Positions 56,301 through 64,000 of a DNA stretch of 64,000 bases are shown here, piece after piece (positions within the stretch are counted from its first letter, which is position 1; every line of letters starts with the position of its first letter). The stretch covers positions 3,347 to 67,346 of the IMG/VR virus record IMGVR_UViG_3300043434_000871, one strand, 5' to 3'. A program made the position numbers and the translations under genes. Under the pieces are notes generated by a model. That model saw only the letters and a list, made by a program, of their open reading frames with translations. It was not told where the DNA came from and ran no database searches. This DNA comes from a virus.

Positions 56301-59300
56301 AACGCCAGACTCCTCCGGAGCAAATGCTCCGCGAGTGGGAACTGGTGCAGGCTGGGCTTAATCCGGTCGAATACGCTTTCTACGAGGACGCTCTCGGCCG
56401 GGCGACTGATTACATCAATCGATCGAACCTTCCAGAAAACGTAAAGGACGAAGCGCGGTTTGAGGCGCAGAACAATGTGGTCAAAGCCTTTGCCAACCGG
56501 AAGAAGCGGCGCGGCAAACAACCCGCGGAAGGCACAGCCGCATTGGCCAAGACTTACTTGGAAGAGTTGGCCAAGCTGCGTGATGGCCGCTTGGAGAAAA
56601 CACGCGAACGCTCGACACGGCTGATCGGCAACGTCGAGCGCAACCGTGGGCGCATGTCGGATCTTGAAATCGAGCGCGGCTCCATCGATCCGCAGCGTGC
56701 GGCCGAAATTGAAGAGCGCGTCATCGATGAGGCGATGAAGGGCAACGAGGTCGATCTCGATCGCGCCGTCGAAGCGACTCTCAAGCGTCTGGCCACTGAA
56801 CAGCCGAACCGCAAAGCCCGAGAAGTTTTCGATACACGCAAGGCTCTTCGTTCGATCGCCGAAAGCTACAAGAACATCGGCAAGTTCAACCCGATCTACA
56901 CGGCGATGAATGCGGTGCGGACGGCCGACCGTTCGATCCGCCGCCGCGAAATGAACGAGCAGACCGAGCTCATCACCGACCGCGAGGCTCGGGAGTTGGC
57001 GGGTCGTCAGCGGGCTGAAGAGCCGGAGACGATCCAGCAAAACGTGCAGGGTGAGATCGACCGCGCTCTCCAAGCTGAGACAGTCCAAGCCGTCGACCGC
57101 GCCGTGCTTCCGGAACAAGCCGAGCCTGAAACAACCGACGAGGCACCGGAGATCAGTCCGGATGATCCGATGCTCGATCAAGTCTCAGACGCGAGAGAAC
57201 GCTTTTTCAATTTGACCGAAGAAGATCAAGTTCTTGTATTGAGTAATCGACGGCTGAATTTAGATGAACGCGGACGGCCTATTCGCGGTCAAAAGAGTAA
57301 CCTAACCCAAGCGCAAAAGCGTCGGGCCAAACAGATCGAACAATACCTTCAAAGGAAACAGACCTATGCAAACCTCTACCCAGAAAGCCCCGTCGCGCCC
57401 CAACAGCCAAGACGAGGAGATCAGTCCGCCGCTCAAATCCCTGTTAGCCGGTTTAGCTCTGGAGAAGTTCTCGCCGGAGTTGCTGAATCGGGTGCCCGAG
57501 GCAGACCGCGAACGGATACGCAAGGGCGACCCGAAAGTGTGGGCCGACCTGATCGCGCAGGAACCGGAACTGTTCAGGGAGCCGATAATGTCCGAGATGG
57601 AGGACCTGGCGTTCGAGCATCTCTTGCGCCGCAAACCGTCCGCAGACTCAGCCGATCAGCCAAGTCCCGCTTCGTCCAGTCCTTCGGTCGCCTGACCGAT
57701 GCCGAGGCTTCGGCGTTGACCGAGGCCGAAATCGATCGCGCCTACGAGGCGATCGTCACCCGCAAAAACGCCGCCACGGTGCGGGCCAACCGTATCGTCT
57801 CCGGCGAAACTCCGCGCTCGCTGGCCGATCTCGGCACGATGTCCGGCTCGGAGCTCTTGGCCGGAGCCGTCGATGCGATGCGGACTTACGAAGCCGACCG
57901 CGCTCGGGTGCAAATCGTCCGCGACAATGTCGGCGCTCTCCTCCGTGCCCGTGCCTTTGCCGATGTCTCGACCTTCCTTGGTTCGGTAGCCGGAAGCAAT
58001 GCACCGCAGGACGTGAAGCTGCGTGCCCGTGAGTTCTCCAAGCTCCTCGGACGCGGCGTCGATCTCAACGCGGTCGGCGTGCAAATCGGACGCTTCGGTG
58101 ACAACACATCTTGGGCCGGACTCTTTACCCGCGACAACAGCAACACTTACAACATCGCCCTCAACTTGGATGCACAGCACGACCGCGAAAGCGCGATCAA
58201 CACGATGCTCCATGAGCTGTCGCACGTCGTTACTTCCAAGAAGATCCGCGGTGAGGTGCGGCTCAACAATGTCGAGCAAAACGCGATCAACCGCCTCGAA
58301 GCCTTGCGCCGTGAAGCACTGGTCGCCGCAGCACGCGATGTCGGTCTGGATGTTCCGACCGACCTGACCGATGCCGACTACGAGCGTCTGGCCAATGACC
58401 TCGATCAGCGTGCCTTGCCGCAGAACGATCCGGACGGCACCAACCGGGTCTATGCCAGCTTGGGCAGTCTCGAAGAATTCACGGTCGAAGTTTCCAGCAG
58501 CCCCGAACTGGCCGGACTGATGGCGCGGCTTGGTTTCGGTCAGGCGAGGGGACGGGTCACTTTGCTCAACGCCATCCGCGATGCGTGGAATGCCTTGGTC
58601 GAATTGGTCTCCGGCGTCAAAGCCGATCCGAACTCACCTCTGGCCCGTGCCTTCAAGGACTCGTGGATCCTCAACTACTCCAACGCGGGCGGTGAGGTGA
58701 ATCTCGGCGACTACACCATGCCGGAGATCCGCCGCTCGGCGATCAACCGCGAACTGGCCCGCCGCCAAGGGATCGAGGACGAGATCACCCGCGAAGTCGA
58801 AGCCCGCAACTTGGCCGGCACGACGGCAGAACGTGAAGCGATCTTGGCCGAGTTGTTTGATCCGAGCGTGACGGCCAGCGCAGCCAGGGTGCAGCGTGCA
58901 GCCAATCGCCTGTCCCAAGCCGACTTCGTCCAGTGGGCGCGGAAGAATGGATACAACTTCACCGATCCCGTTGCGGTCTACAATAATAACCGCACAACGG
59001 ATCAAGCTACAGGCGACACGGTTCAGGGTGCAGAGAGCCGTGCCGTAGCTCAACCGAGTGGCCGAGATCCTGAGAGAAGCATAGGGAAGCAACTCGCAGA
59101 GCTACGAGCAGCTAATCGGAGAAAAGCTGGCCTCGGGCTTCTCCAACTAGCTGAAGCCCGTGGAGAAAATCTTTTTCAACTTCCGAGGAACCTTTCAAAT
59201 AGTGAAGACCTATTGACTGTTTTAGATTCGACGGGTGCTCAATTTGCCTTGGTAAATATGAGACCTCCGGAGCAGGTGGAGTCTGGAGAATTACGTGAGA

Positions 59301-62300
59301 TCATCCTCGGCTCACGCAATTCTGTGATTGTAGGACGACAAGCACTCTACCAAAAGAATGATGGTGGAGTTGCTTCTGGAACTGTTGTCCGCAAGACAAA
59401 CCGTTCGATCTTCATCCAAGACGGCGACAATGTAGTCAACGTCCCCGCAAAAAACGTGGTTGGGTTGAACGGAACCATAATGATTAAAGAGGAGCCTGAT
59501 CCTTATGGCGCTGTGTGGCCGGGGAAAGTATGGGCTGTCGATTCCTCTGACGGTAACCGTGACCCGATCATTGACTCCACGCGCATGTATCAAGGGTTGT
59601 ATCAGTGGGCTGCAAATACTGGTCAGAAGATAGTCCCAGACAGTGCGGGGACTTCTCCGACCGGAAGCTATCGCCGCAACGCGCAGCAGATCTCAAGTGC
59701 GCTGCGGTTGAAGTCAGCCGAACATTTCATCCCTACAGACGAACAGTTGGACTTAATGTTCCCCGAAGTAAATTCGGACTCCGAAAAAGTAACAAAGTGG
59801 TTGAAATCGGATTTGGAAGAGAAAGTCGGGGCTCTGGCACTGGCGGAGGTCGGCTTTGTTGAACAACTTCTACCAGATATTGTCACACTTAAATATGACC
59901 CAAATACCAATAGCTTCTTGGGAGAAGGCGAATCCATTAGTAGAGACGAAGCAAGAAAACGACTTGATAGTCTCCTTGCGGACCCAGAAGCCCAAGACCC
60001 AACTGAACCTATCCGAATCGGAGAGGCAACTCTTGTGCGGTATCTTGCGTCGAGATCCGCGCTTCAAGGCAGCTTCGGAGCAGACGCTCCGGTCTTGCGC
60101 TCTGAATCTGCTTCTTTAGACAAGATCGCCTACAGCCGTGCGCGTGGGTGGGTGACGCCGCAGCAAGACGCCGACTACCTCGCAGCCGTCGAGCGCGGCG
60201 ACATGGAGACGGCGCAGAGGATGGTGGATGAGGCGGCGAGGGCTGCGGGATACGCGACACCAGCAGTCCACGGGAGTTCTTCGGACAAGGAGTTCACAGT
60301 ATTCGACACCGACACAAGCCCATACGGACGAGTTCAAGGAAGCTATTTCACGCAGAACGCTCGCGGCACTTGGTCTGAGTGGCTGAAAAATCGACGCCCG
60401 ATGCGTGTATTTCTTCGCTTCAACAACCCTGCTACCCGCGAAACATTGGACGAAATGGGTTACCGCCTCACAGGGGTAGCTGCGAAACAGTGGTTGTCAG
60501 ACCGCGGTTACGACGGAGTCGTTGATGATTCTATGGACGAGGTTGTGGCCTTTTACCCCAACCAAATCAAATCCGCCGACCCCGTAACCTACGACGATAG
60601 GGGCAATGTCATCCCGTTGAGTCAGAGGTTCAACGAAACCAGCCCCGACATCCGCTTCAGCCGTGCGCGTGGGAGGGTCTGGCGTCCGATTACGAAGACG
60701 ACGCCGACGGGTGGCAAGATCACTCAGGGCGGCATGTTCTCGGTCGATGAGCTTCTCGATGTGCGAGCAGGAGATGCGTATCGCAAGAGCCGTATGGCGA
60801 TCAAGGTCGATGTTTCGGTAATCCAAGAGCTTTCCCGGCAGTTGGAGCGGCAGATGAAAAGTCTCTACAAAGGGCAGACGCCGCCGCTGGAGACGCTCAA
60901 CACGGCGCTGGGTAACCTTGAGAACCCGTTGACGACGCAGCAACTCGATGAGATCGAGGCGCTCGTAGCGGCGGGGCGTCCGAAACAAGCGGGGGAGAAG
61001 AAGGATCAATTCTTGCGCGAGAATCGCAAGCGGTTCAAGGAGGTCACACAACCTGCCGCCTTGGCGCAGTTGCCGGAGGAGATTGCCACGACGATCCGCG
61101 AGATGTCGGCGCATATCGAATCTCTTTCCCGCCGGTTGCCGAACGAAGGTCTGGTGAACGGGGACTTGGCGATCTCGGTGGATGAGGCGCTCGGCACCTA
61201 CCTGAACCGTAGCTATGCGATCTTCGATGATCCGCAGTGGGCTGACCGCGTTCGCAAGAACGCGAAGGTGATGGACGCGGCGCGGAAGTTTATCCGCAAC
61301 GGGATGGTAAAGGATAAGGCGAATGAGTTGATCGTGGCGGCGCAGACGGAAGGTCGCACCGTCTCTACTCAGGAGGCGTTGGCGCGGGCCAATGACTCGG
61401 TGACGGAGGATCAAGTGGAAGGGATGTTGGAGAGTTATCTGGCGATCGGTGATGAAGCGCCTTCGGTGGAGTTGCTCTCGGGTCGCATTCCAGGGCAAAA
61501 GAATCTCTCGATTTTCTACAAACGCGGCAATATCGCGCCGGAGATCCAGGATCTCTGGGGGCGTTATGAAGACCCGGCGGTGAACTACGCGAAGACGGTG
61601 ATGAAGCTGTCAAGTCTGGTGGCCAATGACAGATTTTTGAAGGAACTCCGTGATATGGGGCTGCAAGAGGGGTGGCTGTGGAGTCGGGAGAATAACCCTG
61701 ATGATCTGCGGCATCCTCCGGGATATATCCGTATTTCAACGGATAATAACCCCACACTCGCGCCGATTGCGGGTATGTATGCTCATCCGATGCTGGCTGA
61801 AGGTCTCTTCAAGATGTTCCCAGTCGGATCGACGGAGGAGCATTATTGGTGGTTGCGCTCGGCGATGAAGTTGACGGGGGTGTCGATGGCGATGAAGACG
61901 GTCGGCTCGGTGGCTTCGCAAGTGCGTAACTATCTGGGTAACTACCTGAATCTGATCGCGGGTGGCAACCTCGGCCTTGGCGACATCGCCAGTGGGGACT
62001 TCGCCAAACGCTTCCGCAACTCGACCGACTTGGTGCTGGCCAATACCTTCAACAAATACCGCAACGCGACCCGCGCCGAGTGGCGGGCGAAGATCGACGA
62101 TTATATCCGCCGCGGTGTCGTCGGTGAGTCGATCACGACGGGGCTTCTTGAAGATCTGCTCACGGCCAGCCGCCGTGCGGGTAGCCCCGATTGGGGTGAT
62201 TATGTGTGGGGTAAAGTTTCCGAGCCCGTAAAGAGGGTGGCGGACTTTGCCACGCGCACTTACTCAGCGGGTGACGACTGGTTCAAGGTGATGATCTACG

Positions 62301-63574
62301 AGGCGGAGCAGGACAAATACCGCAAGGCGTATCCGGATTGGTCGGACGATCAGGTGAAGCAGAAAGCTGCCGAGATCGCCCGTGACATTCACTGGACTTA
62401 CTCGCTGGCTCCGGCGGTGGTCGATGATTTGAAGAAGTTTCCGTTTGTCGCGCCGTTTGTGACGTTCACAACGGAGGTCATCCGCACGACCTACAATCTG
62501 CAAAAACTCGCCCGCCAAGAAATCATGGAAGGTCGGGCGACGGGGAACAAGGAGTTGGAGAATATCGGATGGAAACGGGTGCGCGGTATGACCACGGCGG
62601 CATTTTTACCGGCGGCTGTGGGATCAGCTTCGATGGCTATTGCCGGTATTTCCGGGGAAGATGAGGAAGATCTCCGTCGCTTCCTGCCCGACTGGCAGAA
62701 GAATAGCCAGCTTCTTGTTTTCCGCAAAGCCGACGGGCAAGTGAGCTTCGTGGATGTGAGCTTCCTCGATCCTTACGAGTATTTCAAAAAGCCGTTGGTG
62801 GCGTTTGCCCGGTCGCTCCGTAATGCGGAAGGCGCGGACGAGATCCTCCTTGGCGGCACGATGGCAATGGTGCGCCAAGCGGTTGACCCGTTCACCAGTG
62901 AGCAAATCTTCTCGGGCGCAATCCTCGATGTGATGCGTAACCGCGATGCGGCCGGCCGTCAGGTTTACAATCCGCAAGACACCGGAGCCAACATCGGCAC
63001 GGCAGTCGCCCGCAAGATCTTCATCGAGCCTTTCACTCCTGGAACTTTCACCAGCCTCGACCGCATCGGTAAAGCCGCCTTCGGTATCCAGAGCGAGACC
63101 GGCCGTGCCTACGGGCTTTTCAACGAATTGGCCAGCGTCATGGCCGGCCAGAGGGTCTCGGAGATGGATGCTCAACAAGCCTTGCAATTCAAAGGCTCGG
63201 GATTCATGCGGGAGATCCGGGATGCCTCGGCGCTGTTCAACAAAGAGTTCGTCTCCCGCGGCACGCGCTCGGCTTCGGATGTCGTGAGCGGATACGAACG
63301 CTCAAACGCAGCGCGTCGTGCTTTGATCGAGGGCATCCGCAACGATTATCTCGCGGCGATTCGCCTCGGTGTGCCAGTGGCGCGTGCCAAAGCTATCTTG
63401 CGGGATGCAGGTCTCGGTCGCGACACGTTGCGAATGGTGACAACGGGGATATACAAACCCTTCGAGGCCAGCGAGCAGAGCCTCGACTTGGTGCGCTCCC
63501 GCGGGAATGCCGACCGGATCAGTGCTTACAACCAAGCCAAGCGAAACGCGCCGCCGCGTGAAGTCCTGCCGTAA
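53345..63574 (+). CDS. Giant polyvalent/ejection protein (3409 aa) with zincin and ART-like domains
   Basis: HELSH...EEF metallopeptidase motif; AVHGS...GSYFT...GYDGV...EVVAF..NQIKS ART-like module; Gly/Ala-rich N-terminus. Confidence 0.8.
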   Translation: MAASMNWWEDEEQIAAYLQEREAPVETAQQSEAVRPTDVDLGLSPEAPEQALQEPAETATPWWQDTTQLAAYQEDLRSIGRAATSAGSVDARVQRGLVDEFSAGLSRGIDQTQALGYGLLGLVGESLGVDAVSDFGIEGYVRNMEEAAKNQASVQDPFEEIGGVGDAGLYAAGILGEQLPQLLLSVAGGGIGGYAAKTVAKKVVANEIGKRVAAGMAKDEAEEVVAKLVAQKALRGFDVPFARAGGGDPRIVGGIGQEAVQQATRAGALGGAYVANVGQIAGGSFGEIEQETGLRDPVNALGFALIGGAVETAGEAVLAAPIARKLIGSAARSVEAKPLGFALGPKAKVAGQLAAAPAAEGATEYVQTGLEQSAVASADPNRSFEEVVLTPEAARERQIAAAAGAVAGGGFGAVSQAASFLIPETRNAVQRKLAQRQAEQGATEEDQSAAGMLTGDWSQPVQVDDVTMQRNSSGVWVAVNPGENLFQGVPRVQTEDGTSLLVVSPEADEQGRAAFLVARAEKALSDLDEGEVATEFQSQEEPAAEADDELGEPVELDEETEATRLRQSPMGATALREQLAEEEEVSAALADPVVSSVEPPAPQPLKSAAESAQTIAAELEREEEFRRSDEGAQALREQLAEEEEVSAALADPATSEERGEATVLKPASESAAAIQAAENAERTTANNPVEASYLRRRLAYEESQSERQKGNDEALARPLTQSAAFVDGLQTGQRVGLLLGGMPEALAGTTGVFVGRRKNGNAVFEASDLSPVSGDPIGQKTRVELKPSQFNRVILAPPPQPTRTPLEQAFDDALGPNPTKQQAERVLGPPYTGTRGAQESTFQDGLGSEPFPVLISWFNKKGEKGTIIPSIKGKFTNSALTTVRQMNQGLEIVVPDDQLGKISKDIQVEAVSDKKGGRKNIVTGVNLWGRTYRRSLRSPKDFSVDIPLTKRGAGARKQGLLLFDNIYKNSPERIARSEAAVRGAKERQTPPEQMLREWELVQAGLNPVEYAFYEDALGRATDYINRSNLPENVKDEARFEAQNNVVKAFANRKKRRGKQPAEGTAALAKTYLEELAKLRDGRLEKTRERSTRLIGNVERNRGRMSDLEIERGSIDPQRAAEIEERVIDEAMKGNEVDLDRAVEATLKRLATEQPNRKAREVFDTRKALRSIAESYKNIGKFNPIYTAMNAVRTADRSIRRREMNEQTELITDREARELAGRQRAEEPETIQQNVQGEIDRALQAETVQAVDRAVLPEQAEPETTDEAPEISPDDPMLDQVSDARERFFNLTEEDQVLVLSNRRLNLDERGRPIRGQKSNLTQAQKRRAKQIEQYLQRKQTYANLYPESPVAPQQPRRGDQSAAQIPVSRFSSGEVLAGVAESGARGRPRTDTQGRPESVGRPDRAGTGTVQGADNVRDGGPGVRASLAPQTVRRLSRSAKSRFVQSFGRLTDAEASALTEAEIDRAYEAIVTRKNAATVRANRIVSGETPRSLADLGTMSGSELLAGAVDAMRTYEADRARVQIVRDNVGALLRARAFADVSTFLGSVAGSNAPQDVKLRAREFSKLLGRGVDLNAVGVQIGRFGDNTSWAGLFTRDNSNTYNIALNLDAQHDRESAINTMLHELSHVVTSKKIRGEVRLNNVEQNAINRLEALRREALVAAARDVGLDVPTDLTDADYERLANDLDQRALPQNDPDGTNRVYASLGSLEEFTVEVSSSPELAGLMARLGFGQARGRVTLLNAIRDAWNALVELVSGVKADPNSPLARAFKDSWILNYSNAGGEVNLGDYTMPEIRRSAINRELARRQGIEDEITREVEARNLAGTTAEREAILAELFDPSVTASAARVQRAANRLSQADFVQWARKNGYNFTDPVAVYNNNRTTDQATGDTVQGAESRAVAQPSGRDPERSIGKQLAELRAANRRKAGLGLLQLAEARGENLFQLPRNLSNSEDLLTVLDSTGAQFALVNMRPPEQVESGELREIILGSRNSVIVGRQALYQKNDGGVASGTVVRKTNRSIFIQDGDNVVNVPAKNVVGLNGTIMIKEEPDPYGAVWPGKVWAVDSSDGNRDPIIDSTRMYQGLYQWAANTGQKIVPDSAGTSPTGSYRRNAQQISSALRLKSAEHFIPTDEQLDLMFPEVNSDSEKVTKWLKSDLEEKVGALALAEVGFVEQLLPDIVTLKYDPNTNSFLGEGESISRDEARKRLDSLLADPEAQDPTEPIRIGEATLVRYLASRSALQGSFGADAPVLRSESASLDKIAYSRARGWVTPQQDADYLAAVERGDMETAQRMVDEAARAAGYATPAVHGSSSDKEFTVFDTDTSPYGRVQGSYFTQNARGTWSEWLKNRRPMRVFLRFNNPATRETLDEMGYRLTGVAAKQWLSDRGYDGVVDDSMDEVVAFYPNQIKSADPVTYDDRGNVIPLSQRFNETSPDIRFSRARGRVWRPITKTTPTGGKITQGGMFSVDELLDVRAGDAYRKSRMAIKVDVSVIQELSRQLERQMKSLYKGQTPPLETLNTALGNLENPLTTQQLDEIEALVAAGRPKQAGEKKDQFLRENRKRFKEVTQPAALAQLPEEIATTIREMSAHIESLSRRLPNEGLVNGDLAISVDEALGTYLNRSYAIFDDPQWADRVRKNAKVMDAARKFIRNGMVKDKANELIVAAQTEGRTVSTQEALARANDSVTEDQVEGMLESYLAIGDEAPSVELLSGRIPGQKNLSIFYKRGNIAPEIQDLWGRYEDPAVNYAKTVMKLSSLVANDRFLKELRDMGLQEGWLWSRENNPDDLRHPPGYIRISTDNNPTLAPIAGMYAHPMLAEGLFKMFPVGSTEEHYWWLRSAMKLTGVSMAMKTVGSVASQVRNYLGNYLNLIAGGNLGLGDIASGDFAKRFRNSTDLVLANTFNKYRNATRAEWRAKIDDYIRRGVVGESITTGLLEDLLTASRRAGSPDWGDYVWGKVSEPVKRVADFATRTYSAGDDWFKVMIYEAEQDKYRKAYPDWSDDQVKQKAAEIARDIHWTYSLAPAVVDDLKKFPFVAPFVTFTTEVIRTTYNLQKLARQEIMEGRATGNKELENIGWKRVRGMTTAAFLPAAVGSASMAIAGISGEDEEDLRRFLPDWQKNSQLLVFRKADGQVSFVDVSFLDPYEYFKKPLVAFARSLRNAEGADEILLGGTMAMVRQAVDPFTSEQIFSGAILDVMRNRDAAGRQVYNPQDTGANIGTAVARKIFIEPFTPGTFTSLDRIGKAAFGIQSETGRAYGLFNELASVMAGQRVSEMDAQQALQFKGSGFMREIRDASALFNKEFVSRGTRSASDVVSGYERSNAARRALIEGIRNDYLAAIRLGVPVARAKAILRDAGLGRDTLRMVTTGIYKPFEASEQSLDLVRSRGNADRISAYNQAKRNAPPREVLP
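57366..57695 (+). CDS. Candidate overprinted gene in the +1 frame of the giant gene
   Basis: AAAGGAAA RBS 7 nt before ATG; GC-rich third positions; host frame is R/G/P-rich here. Confidence 0.55.
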   Translation: MQTSTQKAPSRPNSQDEEISPPLKSLLAGLALEKFSPELLNRVPEADRERIRKGDPKVWADLIAQEPELFREPIMSEMEDLAFEHLLRRKPSADSADQPSPASSSPSVA

Positions 63575-63579
63575 CAACT

Positions 63580-64000
63580 ATGATAGTAAAAGACCCCAGC
63601 TTGGCTCCTCCCGGAGGGTGGCGATATGTCCAGCCGGAGACGGGCTTCGAGTTCTCGGCGTCGACGTTGCGAGCCGTAGTGCAGCAAGTGACTGAACACC
63701 GGAAGGCTAATGACTTAACGATGGGTGATCCCTCGGCGGATATTCAAGACTTCGTCTGTGCCCAGCTTCCCATCGGCAGTGACAACTGCACCCAAGTCCT
63801 TGAGGGTGATTACGCGCTTAAGACGCACTTCACGATGGAAGATGTGAAGCGGTTTATCCAAGCGGCTATTTCCGCGCTCGGCTCCCGTGGCTTGGCGGAC
63901 CAGACCGAAGCCGAACGGCGTGCCGCGATCTGTGCCGCCTGTCCCCTGAACACGACCGTCGGTGGATGTTGGCGGTGTAAGGGGTTAGCCGATTGGCTCT
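63580..64000 (+). CDS. Cys-rich protein with PPGGW motif (partial)
   Basis: MIVKDPSLAPPGGWRY...ICAACPLN...CWRC; open to the edge. Confidence 0.7.
   Translation, partial: MIVKDPSLAPPGGWRYVQPETGFEFSASTLRAVVQQVTEHRKANDLTMGDPSADIQDFVCAQLPIGSDNCTQVLEGDYALKTHFTMEDVKRFIQAAISALGSRGLADQTEAERRAAICAACPLNTTVGGCWRCKGLADWL

Noticed and set aside
59856-60119. Second nested ORF in the giant gene
   Set aside because: No clear RBS, and the main frame looks like a normal folded domain here.
53345-63574. Giant ORF as an N4-like virion RNA polymerase, with the palindromes as hairpin promoters
   Set aside because: The size is similar, but I found no T7-type or DxDGD polymerase motifs; the visible domains are those of a polyvalent protein.

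Overview
The window is a contiguous ~64 kb piece of a tailed dsDNA phage, probably temperate and podovirus-like; no host genes are visible. (1) 1-9.5 kb, minus strand: small early/host-takeover genes, including an Ocr-like DNA mimic, DUF2958, a class II glutamine amidotransferase plus amidoligase pair and a candidate histone-fold protein. (2) 9.6-11.6 kb: TerS-like HTH gene, a promoter-driven tRNA(CAT) followed by a structured RNA, and an origin-like non-coding region. (3) 11.6-25.3 kb, minus strand: dCMP deaminase, primase-helicase, a family A DNA polymerase split by a five-gene insertion, an SSB-like gene, a helicase-Cas4-like nuclease fusion, a resolvase, an excisionase-like HTH, three RHH-like regulators and a tyrosine integrase. 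(4) 25.5-64 kb, plus strand: TerL, glycosyltransferases, portal, lysis genes, scaffold, capsid, tail and ejection genes, and a 3409-aa polyvalent protein. The strongest unexplained signals are nine copies of a 20-bp palindrome confined to the early region, a strand-aligned TAATAACC(C/G) motif at about 20 gene junctions, the split polymerase, an apparently overprinted gene inside the giant protein, and a repeat-flanked in-frame ADP-ribosyltransferase-like module. All assignments come from motif recognition by eye; no searches were run.
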